From Sphingomonadaceae bacterium (GTDB lineage: Bacteria; Pseudomonadota; Alphaproteobacteria; Sphingomonadales; Sphingomonadaceae): a stretch of 64,000 bases of DNA. How positions within the stretch are numbered: the first letter of the stretch is position 1; the number at the start of each line of letters is the position of its first letter. Shown in pieces: positions 19,868 through 27,674 of the stretch. The notes beneath the pieces are model-generated. The model did no database searches. It was not told where the DNA came from and worked only from the letters and a program-made list of their open reading frames with translations. Made by a program: the position numbers and the translations under genes. The DNA is taken from positions 66,230 to 130,229 of the forward strand of contig CANFXW010000005.1 of assembly GCA_947451145.1 (NCBI GenBank). Direction: 5' to 3'.

Positions 19868-22800
19868 CAGGCATCCGCCACATCGAACATGCGGGCAAGG
19901 AACTCCGGCTCGATTTGCCGGATATTCAGCTCCTTCTCCCCGCCGCCATCGGCCTCGGAGGCCTGCAGCTTCGTGGGCAGATTGTGATCGCCGTTGACGT
20001 AGACAACGTCATATTCGTTGTCGCCGGGATTGATTGCGAGACGGTCGCAGAGCTTGGTCAGCCCGTCGTAGTCGAGCTTCTCGCAGTCGCGCCACAGTAT
20101 CAGGGTGCGCTTGCCATCGGGCAGCGTGCCCTCAACCGTGGCGAAGCCGCGCGCGAGCTGAATGTCGATCGTCTTGACCGTGAGACCGATCAGATAATTG
20201 AAGGTCTCGAGCAGATCGACCTTGGTGCGCTGAGTGGCACCCGCGCTATCGACAGTGATATCCAGCTCATAGTCGAATGGCTTGGCAAAATCTTTGACCG
20301 AGAGCAGCGATCCGCGCCCTTCCACATCGAGCATGTAGCGCATCAGATATTCATCGCGTGCACCTGGCCCCATGCGTTCGAGCAGGCCCTGCTGAGCAGG
20401 ATCGCGATTGAGCGACAAGTTATTGAGGGTGTCCTCGTAGCTTTCGATCTTCAGCACCTTAAAGGCGTGGCTAATGCCAGACCCAGGACTTGTTGGCTTG
20501 CCGTCTTTCCATGTGCTTGAAAAAATCGACTTCATTACCCTGGGCTTCATCGCCCCATCAAAATATGCACCTTGCTCTGCAAGGATATAGCCTCGACGCT
20601 TTCCATCTAGCCTCACCATTTCAATGGCAGCGTGCGCAGTAGTTCCTGAACCTCCGTAATAATCAAGAACTATTCTTCCCTCATCACCAGCAAAACCAGT
20701 AACTCGCAAACAGTCCATGACGGCATAAATCGATTTCGGAAAAGAGAATTTATGGGTTTCGCCGAACATAGCCGCAAGTAAGTTTGTGCCATATGCGGCA
20801 GCCGATACCTTTGAGGTATCCCAGACCGTTTGAGGGAGAAGGCCTTCTGCGTTTATTCTCCATTTGCGATAAACTGCTGGCTTGCCATTTGTATCTAGTT
20901 TGACTTTTAGATGAGCGATATTAGCGAGGGCCGTCTCAGCCCCAAAGTCCCAGATGCGCTCGCGCCCCTTATCATCGATTGGCCAAAGTGCTGTTTCGTT
21001 CGCCAGAGGCTCCTCATGGATTCTCCAAATTCGCTGAGCGTTATCCCACTCCATTTCCGGAATGCGGAGATCCTCGTCCGTCAAATAGATGGGGTAAAAC
21101 TGCCGAGGGCGCTCCGTTCGATAGGTGTTGCCTCCGCCATGCTTGCGAAAGTTTGTCCATTCAAACGCCCCTAGCTCATCCCGTTCCTTGTAGCGCGCCT
21201 TCTGTGCATCTGAATGCTCCAGCCTTCCAACGCGAGATAGGTCGGGATCACCGAAAAAGAGGGCATACTCATGGCAAGTTGAGAAACCGACGGTTCCTGT
21301 CCGTCCCGCCGGGTTGTTTTTGATGGCGACGACGCCGAGCGCTTCAAATCGGCGTTCCTCTAGCATCACCTGGAGCTTATGCATTTCAACATCATCAATG
21401 GTGATGCAGGTAATAGCTCCGGGCTTTTCAAGAATCTTCTGCGCATCAATACGGTTGGCGACAAAAGAAAGCCAAGACGAGTCTTTGTAGGCGTTCTTGT
21501 AGATTATCGGCGCAGCATCGGTGTTGTATGGTGGATCGATGTAAACATCAGATACCTTATTTCGATACCGTTCCGATAGCAGCGACAGGGCCTGGAAGTT
21601 GTCACCATGAACCATTAGGCCATCGACAGTGCCGTCAAGATCGGGAATGGCCTTGAGCAGATCGGCGCGGAAAGCAGCGTCGAACAGCGCCGAATCCACC
21701 ATTAGATAGGGCTGCGCCTTCAGGTCTGCGGCGGTCCCGGGCGCGGTGCTTTCCCGCATGCCCAGATCGTGCCACTGCGCCCATTGTGCGGGGCTAGCTG
21801 CGATCCGATCATAAAGAGGCTCGGGCACGCGATCGAGCGTGACGCAATAATGCGCCGCCACGACGAATTTCTTCTTGAGCCACAGCTTTTTTTGGAAATC
21901 CTCGATGCTGGCGAGGAAGGTAATCAGATCCCGCGCAATCTGGCGCAGGCATTGGATCATCCGCAGGTTGGCTTCGATGGCGGCAAAGCTCTTGGCATCC
22001 TGCACGTCATCGAGGTTCATCACCTCGTTCTTGACGTAGAAATCGAGCTCGCGGCGCAGGAACGTGCCGAGGTCCTTGTGAATGAAGTAGTCGGCCGTGT
22101 TCTTCTGGGTATAGGTCGTCAGGTGCTTTTCCAGCACGGTACGCTGCGGGTTTTTGTCCGTTGGCGCGCGGGTGGTCAGGTCAAGCCAGCGCGTCTTGAC
22201 CGCGTCATCCGCCAGCACGGCCTGAACCGCTGCATTGACGAGGCTTTCCTGCGTGGTCTTGGCCGGGAACGCCCGATATTCGAAGCGGATGACCAGATCG
22301 CCATCTTCCTCGGCCACGGGAACGATCTCTTCCTCGAAAGCCTCGCCTTCATCATCGATGTGGGTGACGGTGCGCGCTTCGGCCAGCGCGAAGCGGCGGT
22401 CCTTGTCGTTATCCTTGCGGTTGTCTTTTGCGGTATCCGCGGCGATCAGCTGGAACCGGACAGCGCGCCCATCGGGCAACTTGAAGCCGTAGTTGCTGAA
22501 CGCTTCGCCGGACTTGGTGTAATATTGGTCCTTGTTGGCCCAATGCAGCAGCACCTCTTCCCCGGCATAGGGGATGGCGTAAGTGTCGCCCTTGTACCGA
22601 CGCTGGCTGATGAAATCGCCCTTGTCGTAGTAGCGCGAGAAGAATGCCAGCAGGTGCGAGAACACGGCGTTTTCGTGATCCGAAGCGCCCGATGATGCGC
22701 CAGCGATGGCGGCGCGCAGGTCTTTGACCTTGGGAGCAGCTTCGGGATCGACCCCGGCAGAAGTCAGCGCCTTGATCGTCTCATCCAGCTCACGCTGCTG

Positions 22801-22989
22801 GGATTCGACGTTGGCGGCAGAACCGCTCGCCAGCGCCGATTCCACCTGCTCCCGCAGACGCTTCGTCAGGTATTCGTTGATCTCGTCAGCGCGGGCGTTG
22901 AGGATACGGTAGACGCCAAAATCCAGCTCTGGCCGGTCAATCTGAAAAATCTCGCGCAGCTTGGTGACGAGTTCGTCGAATTTGCTCAT
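19867..22989 (-). CDS. Large beta-class (motif IV before motif I) N6-adenine/N4-cytosine DNA methyltransferase, type III Mod-like catalytic core with ~460-aa N-terminal extension
   Basis: DPPYN at 21523-21537 and DYYGGSGTT at 20641-20664. Start trimmed to ATG 22989 (MSKFDELVTKL...), which is preceded by GAGGGAG. The track start 23094 would overlap the SNF2 gene by 74 nt. Confidence 0.8.
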   Translation of the reverse strand: MSKFDELVTKLREIFQIDRPELDFGVYRILNARADEINEYLTKRLREQVESALASGSAANVESQQRELDETIKALTSAGVDPEAAPKVKDLRAAIAGASSGASDHENAVFSHLLAFFSRYYDKGDFISQRRYKGDTYAIPYAGEEVLLHWANKDQYYTKSGEAFSNYGFKLPDGRAVRFQLIAADTAKDNRKDNDKDRRFALAEARTVTHIDDEGEAFEEEIVPVAEEDGDLVIRFEYRAFPAKTTQESLVNAAVQAVLADDAVKTRWLDLTTRAPTDKNPQRTVLEKHLTTYTQKNTADYFIHKDLGTFLRRELDFYVKNEVMNLDDVQDAKSFAAIEANLRMIQCLRQIARDLITFLASIEDFQKKLWLKKKFVVAAHYCVTLDRVPEPLYDRIAASPAQWAQWHDLGMRESTAPGTAADLKAQPYLMVDSALFDAAFRADLLKAIPDLDGTVDGLMVHGDNFQALSLLSERYRNKVSDVYIDPPYNTDAAPIIYKNAYKDSSWLSFVANRIDAQKILEKPGAITCITIDDVEMHKLQVMLEERRFEALGVVAIKNNPAGRTGTVGFSTCHEYALFFGDPDLSRVGRLEHSDAQKARYKERDELGAFEWTNFRKHGGGNTYRTERPRQFYPIYLTDEDLRIPEMEWDNAQRIWRIHEEPLANETALWPIDDKGRERIWDFGAETALANIAHLKVKLDTNGKPAVYRKWRINAEGLLPQTVWDTSKVSAAAYGTNLLAAMFGETHKFSFPKSIYAVMDCLRVTGFAGDEGRIVLDYYGGSGTTAHAAIEMVRLDGKRRGYILAEQGAYFDGAMKPRVMKSIFSSTWKDGKPTSPGSGISHAFKVLKIESYEDTLNNLSLNRDPAQQGLLERMGPGARDEYLMRYMLDVEGRGSLLSVKDFAKPFDYELDITVDSAGATQRTKVDLLETFNYLIGLTVKTIDIQLARGFATVEGTLPDGKRTLILWRDCEKLDYDGLTKLCDRLAINPGDNEYDVVYVNGDHNLPTKLQASEADGGGEKELNIRQIEPEFLARMFDVADA

Positions 22990-23020
22990 GTAAGAATCAT
23001 GCTCCCTCTGGCGGCCACCT

Positions 23021-25897
23021 CTACACAACCGACCAACGGATGGTGAACAGAGTTTCGCACCGGGTGCGCTGAGCCATGCGCTTTTGCAGCGCATCGATCA
23101 TGCTGTCACGGCGCTCGGCAATTTCGTCTTCAACGTCAAAGATTTCCTGTCGCTGCTTGCGTTGTTTGCGCTCCAACTCCTGCAACTTCTTCTGGGCTTC
23201 GTGTTCTTCTTCAACGGTGGCAGCATTGCGGGCATTGCGGCGCATTGCCTTGATCTGTTCCTTGGTATCCTTGAGCGCGCGTTCGGCTGCGAAAATCTTG
23301 TCCTCAGCCCACTGCTCCAGCTTTTCCCGCGCCTGCGCAAAATGCTTGCCGCTGGTTTCGGCCGCATGGTTGAGCGTTGCCTTTTCCAGACGCTCTGCAC
23401 CCGCCTGGAGCCGCGCAGCGATGCCATCGGGCACCGTGATCGGGCGTGCCACCGTCGCGCCGATTGAGAACATCTTCTCGCAGACTTCAGTGTCAAGCGA
23501 ACGCCCATCATCGTTCATGCCAGACAGAAGCAAATGCTCTTCATCTTCGAATGCTGAGATGGTCAGGCGGCGCAGGGTCAGCCACCCGTTCTGCCCGCGC
23601 ATTTCCTCCATCACGGCATTGCGAACCGGGTGCCCGCTGATATCAAAATGCAGCTCGGCGGTGGGTGTTGGTAGCGCCTTCGCCCCGTCCAGCACATGCT
23701 CACCCAAAGGATGGGACAGGCGGTAGAGGAAGCTGCCAAAGGCGTTTGCCTCAAGCCCGTCTTCACGCAGTTTGGAAATGAGATGATATCGCCCGCGGGA
23801 AATATCGGGTGCCGGGGGCTGGTGCAGATCAAAGGTCAGGCTGGCCGGGTCAAACTCCGCCGCTGTGTCCAGCATGTGGCGTGTCACGTCCCAGAATTTG
23901 CTGCTGATCCGGTCGAGCTGCGCCCTGGTCTCATCGAGGCGCAGTTTCAGCCGCGCGTGAACATCCTCGTCGAAATGCTCCAACAGCGTGGCGCGGGTCT
24001 CGTCCATTCGCGAGGCGATCTGGTCCTCAAGCTCTGCTTGCAGCGCGTCGAAAGCGGATTGGATCTGCTCCTCTGTCCGGCACTTTTCGTAGATATCCAG
24101 AATACGGCGTTCGAAGTCGACGCCGGATTCGATGGCGCCGAGCACTTCATCAGAAGCGCCGAACACGCCGTCGAACAGCTTGAACTTGTCGCGCAGCAGC
24201 TCATGCACCCGCATGTCTACCGCGTTCCGCTCGTTGAGGAAGTTGATGACGATCACGTCATGCGTCTGGCCATAGCGATGGCAGCGACCGATACGCTGCT
24301 CGATCCGTTGCGGGTTCCAGGGCAGATCATAGTTGATCACCATCGAGCAGAACTGCAGGTTGACGCCCTCAGCAGCAGCCTCGGTCGCGATCATGATATC
24401 GGCGTGATCGCGAAAATGGTCGATAAGCGCGCTCCGCATGTCGATGGCCCGTGATCCGGTGGATTTGCCGCTGTCTCCATTTTCCGCGATCCATCGCTCC
24501 AGGATCGCCTTGTTTTCTTCGCCAGCGTTGGTCCCGCTAAAGCTAACGATTTTGCCACGATGACCGTTTTCTTCGAGGAATTGTTTGAGATAATCTTGGG
24601 TCCGCCGGGATTCCGTGAAGATCAACGCCTTTCGCTTCGCGCCCATTTCGGCCTGCTTCGCGAAGCCTATTTCCAGCGCCTGCTGAAGCGCGAAGGTCTT
24701 GCTATCGGTCCGGATCGCCTTGGCTCGCTCGATCAGCGCAGCGATTTCCTCGGTCTCCTTGCGCAGTTTGACAGGCTGAATGACAAGCGCATCTTCGTCA
24801 GGATCGCTCTCTGCCTCCCATTCCTCCAGCAACTCGGGTTCGAATTCCTCTTCTTCAAGCAGAGCTTCAAGAAGGTCATTCCCGACCTGACCTTCGCTCT
24901 TGCGGAGATCCTCTAGCCGCGACCTCATTGTGGCAAGCGTGCCAGCGATCGCGACCGACGACGAAGCCAGCAGCTTCCGCATGACCAGAACCGTGAGGTG
25001 CCGTTGGCGATCAGGCACCGAATACGTTCCTTCTTCCTCAAGGAACTTCGTCACCAAATCATAGAGCTCTTGCTCGGCATCGCTGGGATAAAACGGTTGG
25101 GTCAGAGCATGCCGTGCCGTGTAGCGGACGTATTCCAGCACTTGGCGGCGCAGCGTTCGTTTGCAGAACTCGGTCAGGCGGCCGCGCAGTTCCGCCAAGC
25201 TACCGCCAGCGTTCATGTATTTCGCCCGGAAGGCATATTGATCGCCGAAGAGATCCTCGTCGATCAAGGTCGACAGACCATAGAGCTCAAGAAGGCTGTT
25301 CTGCAGCGGGGTAGCAGTGAGCAGAAGCTTCTTCCGGCCTTCCGTTGCCCATCTGATCGACTGGCCCAGGCGATTGCTTTGCCGGTAGGCGTTGCGAAGC
25401 TTGTGCGCTTCGTCAATCACCACCAGGTCCCAATCGATTGCCCGCACCTCATCCTGCAATCGGGCCGCGTAGTGATACGACGTGATCAGCACCGCCCTTT
25501 GCTCAAGCGGCCAGGCATGTCCCTCGCGGCGCAACTCTCTGTAGGTTTTTGCATCCAGAACGAATGCCGGCAGGTTGAATTTTTCCTGAAGCTCGTTGGC
25601 CCACTGCTGACGAATGGCTGCGGGACAAATTATGATCAGCCGACGCTTCCGCTCGGCCCACTTTTGGCAGAGGACAATCCCAGCCTCAATCGTCTTGCCG
25701 AGGCCAACCTCATCGGCAAGTATGACACCTTGCGACAATGGTGACTGTAGTGCGAATGTCGCCGCCTCGATTTGATGCGGGTTAAGATCTACTGAAGCGT
25801 CGAACAACGACATCGAAAGATTATCTTCAGCACCAGACGGAGATTGCCGCGTAATCTCATGGGCAAATAATTGAACATGATAGTCGGTAAGCTTCAT
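23021..25897 (-). CDS. SNF2-family helicase (RapA/DrmD-like) with coiled-coil C-terminal region
   Basis: 958 aa. LADEVGLGKTIEAG, VVIDEAHKLRN, LLLTATPLQNSL, and helicase-C YDLPWNPQRIEQRIGRCHRYGQ. First gene of a three-gene minus-strand operon. Confidence 0.85.
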   Translation of the reverse strand: MKLTDYHVQLFAHEITRQSPSGAEDNLSMSLFDASVDLNPHQIEAATFALQSPLSQGVILADEVGLGKTIEAGIVLCQKWAERKRRLIIICPAAIRQQWANELQEKFNLPAFVLDAKTYRELRREGHAWPLEQRAVLITSYHYAARLQDEVRAIDWDLVVIDEAHKLRNAYRQSNRLGQSIRWATEGRKKLLLTATPLQNSLLELYGLSTLIDEDLFGDQYAFRAKYMNAGGSLAELRGRLTEFCKRTLRRQVLEYVRYTARHALTQPFYPSDAEQELYDLVTKFLEEEGTYSVPDRQRHLTVLVMRKLLASSSVAIAGTLATMRSRLEDLRKSEGQVGNDLLEALLEEEEFEPELLEEWEAESDPDEDALVIQPVKLRKETEEIAALIERAKAIRTDSKTFALQQALEIGFAKQAEMGAKRKALIFTESRRTQDYLKQFLEENGHRGKIVSFSGTNAGEENKAILERWIAENGDSGKSTGSRAIDMRSALIDHFRDHADIMIATEAAAEGVNLQFCSMVINYDLPWNPQRIEQRIGRCHRYGQTHDVIVINFLNERNAVDMRVHELLRDKFKLFDGVFGASDEVLGAIESGVDFERRILDIYEKCRTEEQIQSAFDALQAELEDQIASRMDETRATLLEHFDEDVHARLKLRLDETRAQLDRISSKFWDVTRHMLDTAAEFDPASLTFDLHQPPAPDISRGRYHLISKLREDGLEANAFGSFLYRLSHPLGEHVLDGAKALPTPTAELHFDISGHPVRNAVMEEMRGQNGWLTLRRLTISAFEDEEHLLLSGMNDDGRSLDTEVCEKMFSIGATVARPITVPDGIAARLQAGAERLEKATLNHAAETSGKHFAQAREKLEQWAEDKIFAAERALKDTKEQIKAMRRNARNAATVEEEHEAQKKLQELERKQRKQRQEIFDVEDEIAERRDSMIDALQKRMAQRTRCETLFTIRWSVV

Positions 25898-25999
25898 GTT
25901 GCATCGATAGCACAGAAGAGGATGGGCAAAAGCCTGTGATTGACGATTCTGAGCCCCCCCGAAACAAATGACTTCGTCAGATCATCTCATTTTTCAAGT

Positions 26000-26015
26000 G
26001 GGGAAGGCCTTCCCC
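26000..26015. promoter_or_regulatory. Perfect 16-bp palindrome in the SNF2/ArdC divergent promoter region
   Basis: GGGGAAGGCCTTCCCC read directly. A second short inverted repeat, GGTCTcatcAGACC, lies ~15 nt downstream. Confidence 0.3.
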
Positions 26016-26162
26016 TGCTGCTGAGCCCACCGGTCTCATCAGACCCCTTCGTGCGGGACTGCCGCCCCGCAACGCCCCGCAAGAGGAAGAGAACGGGATG
26101 GTCCCGTGACGGGCTGAGAGCGGCGAGAGAGGCTCGCTGCGGGTCCGTCGCGGAGACCTGCC

Positions 26163-27140
26163 ATGCCGCAACGACATGTTGCCCGCTCAAACCCTGAGCG
26201 AATCAATCTTTACCAGCAAATCACAGACCGCATCATCGCCGATCTCGAAGCCGGGCGCGTCCCATGGGTTCAGCCCTGGGGAACGGCCAATGCCGGCATC
26301 GGCATGCCGCACAATGCTGTCAGTTCCCGTCGATACAGTGGCATCAATGTGCTTACCCTCTGGCATGCCGTCGTCTCCCGAGGGTTTTTGAGCCATGCGT
26401 TCCTGACGTTCCGGCAAGCTGCGGCCTTGGGGGGCTCGGTGCGTCGCGGCGAACGCGGTGTCGGTATCATCTACACCCGCCGCTTTGTGCCCAGCAGCGA
26501 ACGTCGCCGAGCGGATACCGAAGGCACCGCAACCAGTGGCGGGATTCCGTTCCTCAAGCATTTCACGGTGTTCTCGGTCGACCAGTGTGACGGCCTGCCC
26601 GAACATATCTGTCTCCCGCCGCCGCCCATCCCGGATGGCCTGATCCTGCCACACGCCGAGGAACTGATTGCGGCTACGGGCGCCGATTTTCGCATCGGTG
26701 GCCCGTCCGCCTTTTACAGCCCGGCGCATGACTATGTTGCTGTGCCGCGGCCCGACGATTTCCATGAGCCGATCAACTGGCATCGCACGGCTTTTCACGA
26801 ACTGGGCCATTGGACCGGCCATGCCACCCGGCTTGGCCGCGATCAGACTGGCAGCTTCGGCTCCAAGAACTATGGCCGCGAAGAATTGGTCGCGGAAATG
26901 GCCGGAGCCTTCATCTGCGCCGCGCTCGGGATTGTGCCAAGCGTTCGCCACGCTGACTACATCGGCTCGTGGCTCCAGATTATCCGGGAAGACAATCGCG
27001 CCATCCTGCGCGCCGCCAGCGCTGCCTCCAAGGCGGCAGATTATATCCTCGCCTGTCGTGACACCGCATCGACTGATGTTGATGTCGCTGGTGAGGACGA
27101 AGCCGACGGCTTCGAGCTGGAAGGGAGGTTGGCGGCATGA
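26163..27140 (+). CDS. ardC: ArdC-like antirestriction protein (ssDNA-binding N-domain + zincin metallopeptidase-like C-domain)
   Basis: 325 aa. N-terminal ITDRIIADLEAGRVPWVQPW and an HExxH motif in FHELGHWTGH. Confidence 0.8.
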   Translation: MPQRHVARSNPERINLYQQITDRIIADLEAGRVPWVQPWGTANAGIGMPHNAVSSRRYSGINVLTLWHAVVSRGFLSHAFLTFRQAAALGGSVRRGERGVGIIYTRRFVPSSERRRADTEGTATSGGIPFLKHFTVFSVDQCDGLPEHICLPPPPIPDGLILPHAEELIAATGADFRIGGPSAFYSPAHDYVAVPRPDDFHEPINWHRTAFHELGHWTGHATRLGRDQTGSFGSKNYGREELVAEMAGAFICAALGIVPSVRHADYIGSWLQIIREDNRAILRAASAASKAADYILACRDTASTDVDVAGEDEADGFELEGRLAA

Positions 27141-27535
27141 ACCTGCTCACCCCCGAAATTCGCGCGGCCTTGCTCGCGAACATGCACGCGCGCCGCAATG
27201 CGCAGGCACAGGGCAAACGGGAGCCTGATCCCGTTCCCGTTGCCCGGTTCTTCAATCCGCTTGGCGCGGCCACCTGGCTTGCCACCGAACTCGACGAGGA
27301 CGGCATCCTATTCGGCCTTGCCGATCTCGGCCTTGGCTGCCCCGAACTCGGCAGCTTCTCATTGCGGGAATTGCAGTCGCTGCGCCTGCCGTTCGGCCTC
27401 GGGATCGAACGGGATATCCTCTTCGAAACTGCGTTGCCCATATCGGCCTACGTCGCGGCAGCCCGTCAGGCGGGTTCGATCCTGGGCGCTGAAAAGCTGC
27501 TGAGGGAACGCGCCATACCAGAAGGGGATGGCTGA
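27137..27535 (+). CDS. DUF2958-family protein (ICE/plasmid backbone)
   Basis: 132 aa. LLTPEIRAALLAN...ARFFNPLGAATWLATELDEDGILFGLADLGLGCPELGSFSL matches my recollection of DUF2958. ATGA overlap with ardC. Confidence 0.65.
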   Translation: MNLLTPEIRAALLANMHARRNAQAQGKREPDPVPVARFFNPLGAATWLATELDEDGILFGLADLGLGCPELGSFSLRELQSLRLPFGLGIERDILFETALPISAYVAAARQAGSILGAEKLLRERAIPEGDG

Positions 27536-27674
27536 AATCTGTTGGCCTGGCGACCTGCCAGATCGCTGGGTGGCCCGCCTGCGGCGGCCAGAGAGGAAGA
27601 GGAAGGCCAGGGCCTTCGTGACGGGCTTGGAAGCCGAGAGAGTGTCTCGCGGCGGCCCGTCATGGAGACCTACA

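Noticed and set aside
18362-19987. 541-aa plus-strand ORF, with similar long ORFs at 21769..22695, 23696..24454 and 24998..25744 (+), 6982..7968, 27744..29702 and 39449..40888 (-), 56923..57951, 61765..62592 and 62653..63615 (+)
   Set aside because: Each lies entirely antisense to a gene with clear family motifs. Each has the Arg/Ala/Gly/Pro-rich, low-complexity composition typical of shadow ORFs in high-GC DNA. None has a motif or a plausible ribosome-binding site.
22990-23094. N-terminal extensions given by the ORF track: MTase from 23094, ParB-like from 27528, integrase from 55330, DUF736 from 52909, DUF2493 from 44624, uxaC from 58401, GH79-like from 57130, TauD from 63717
   Set aside because: The track takes the longest ATG/GTG/TTG ORF. 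In each case an internal start has a clear Shine-Dalgarno, removes an overlap with the neighbouring gene, or matches the usual family N-terminus, and the extension is Arg/Pro-rich.
16520-25897. Calling the SNF2-MTase-helicase operon class 1 DISARM
   Set aside because: No DUF1998 (DrmB)-like or DrmA-like ORF and no PLD gene lie in or next to the operon. The third gene looks like a type III Res helicase-nuclease. It is kept as an R-M-like/Hma-like candidate pending profile searches.
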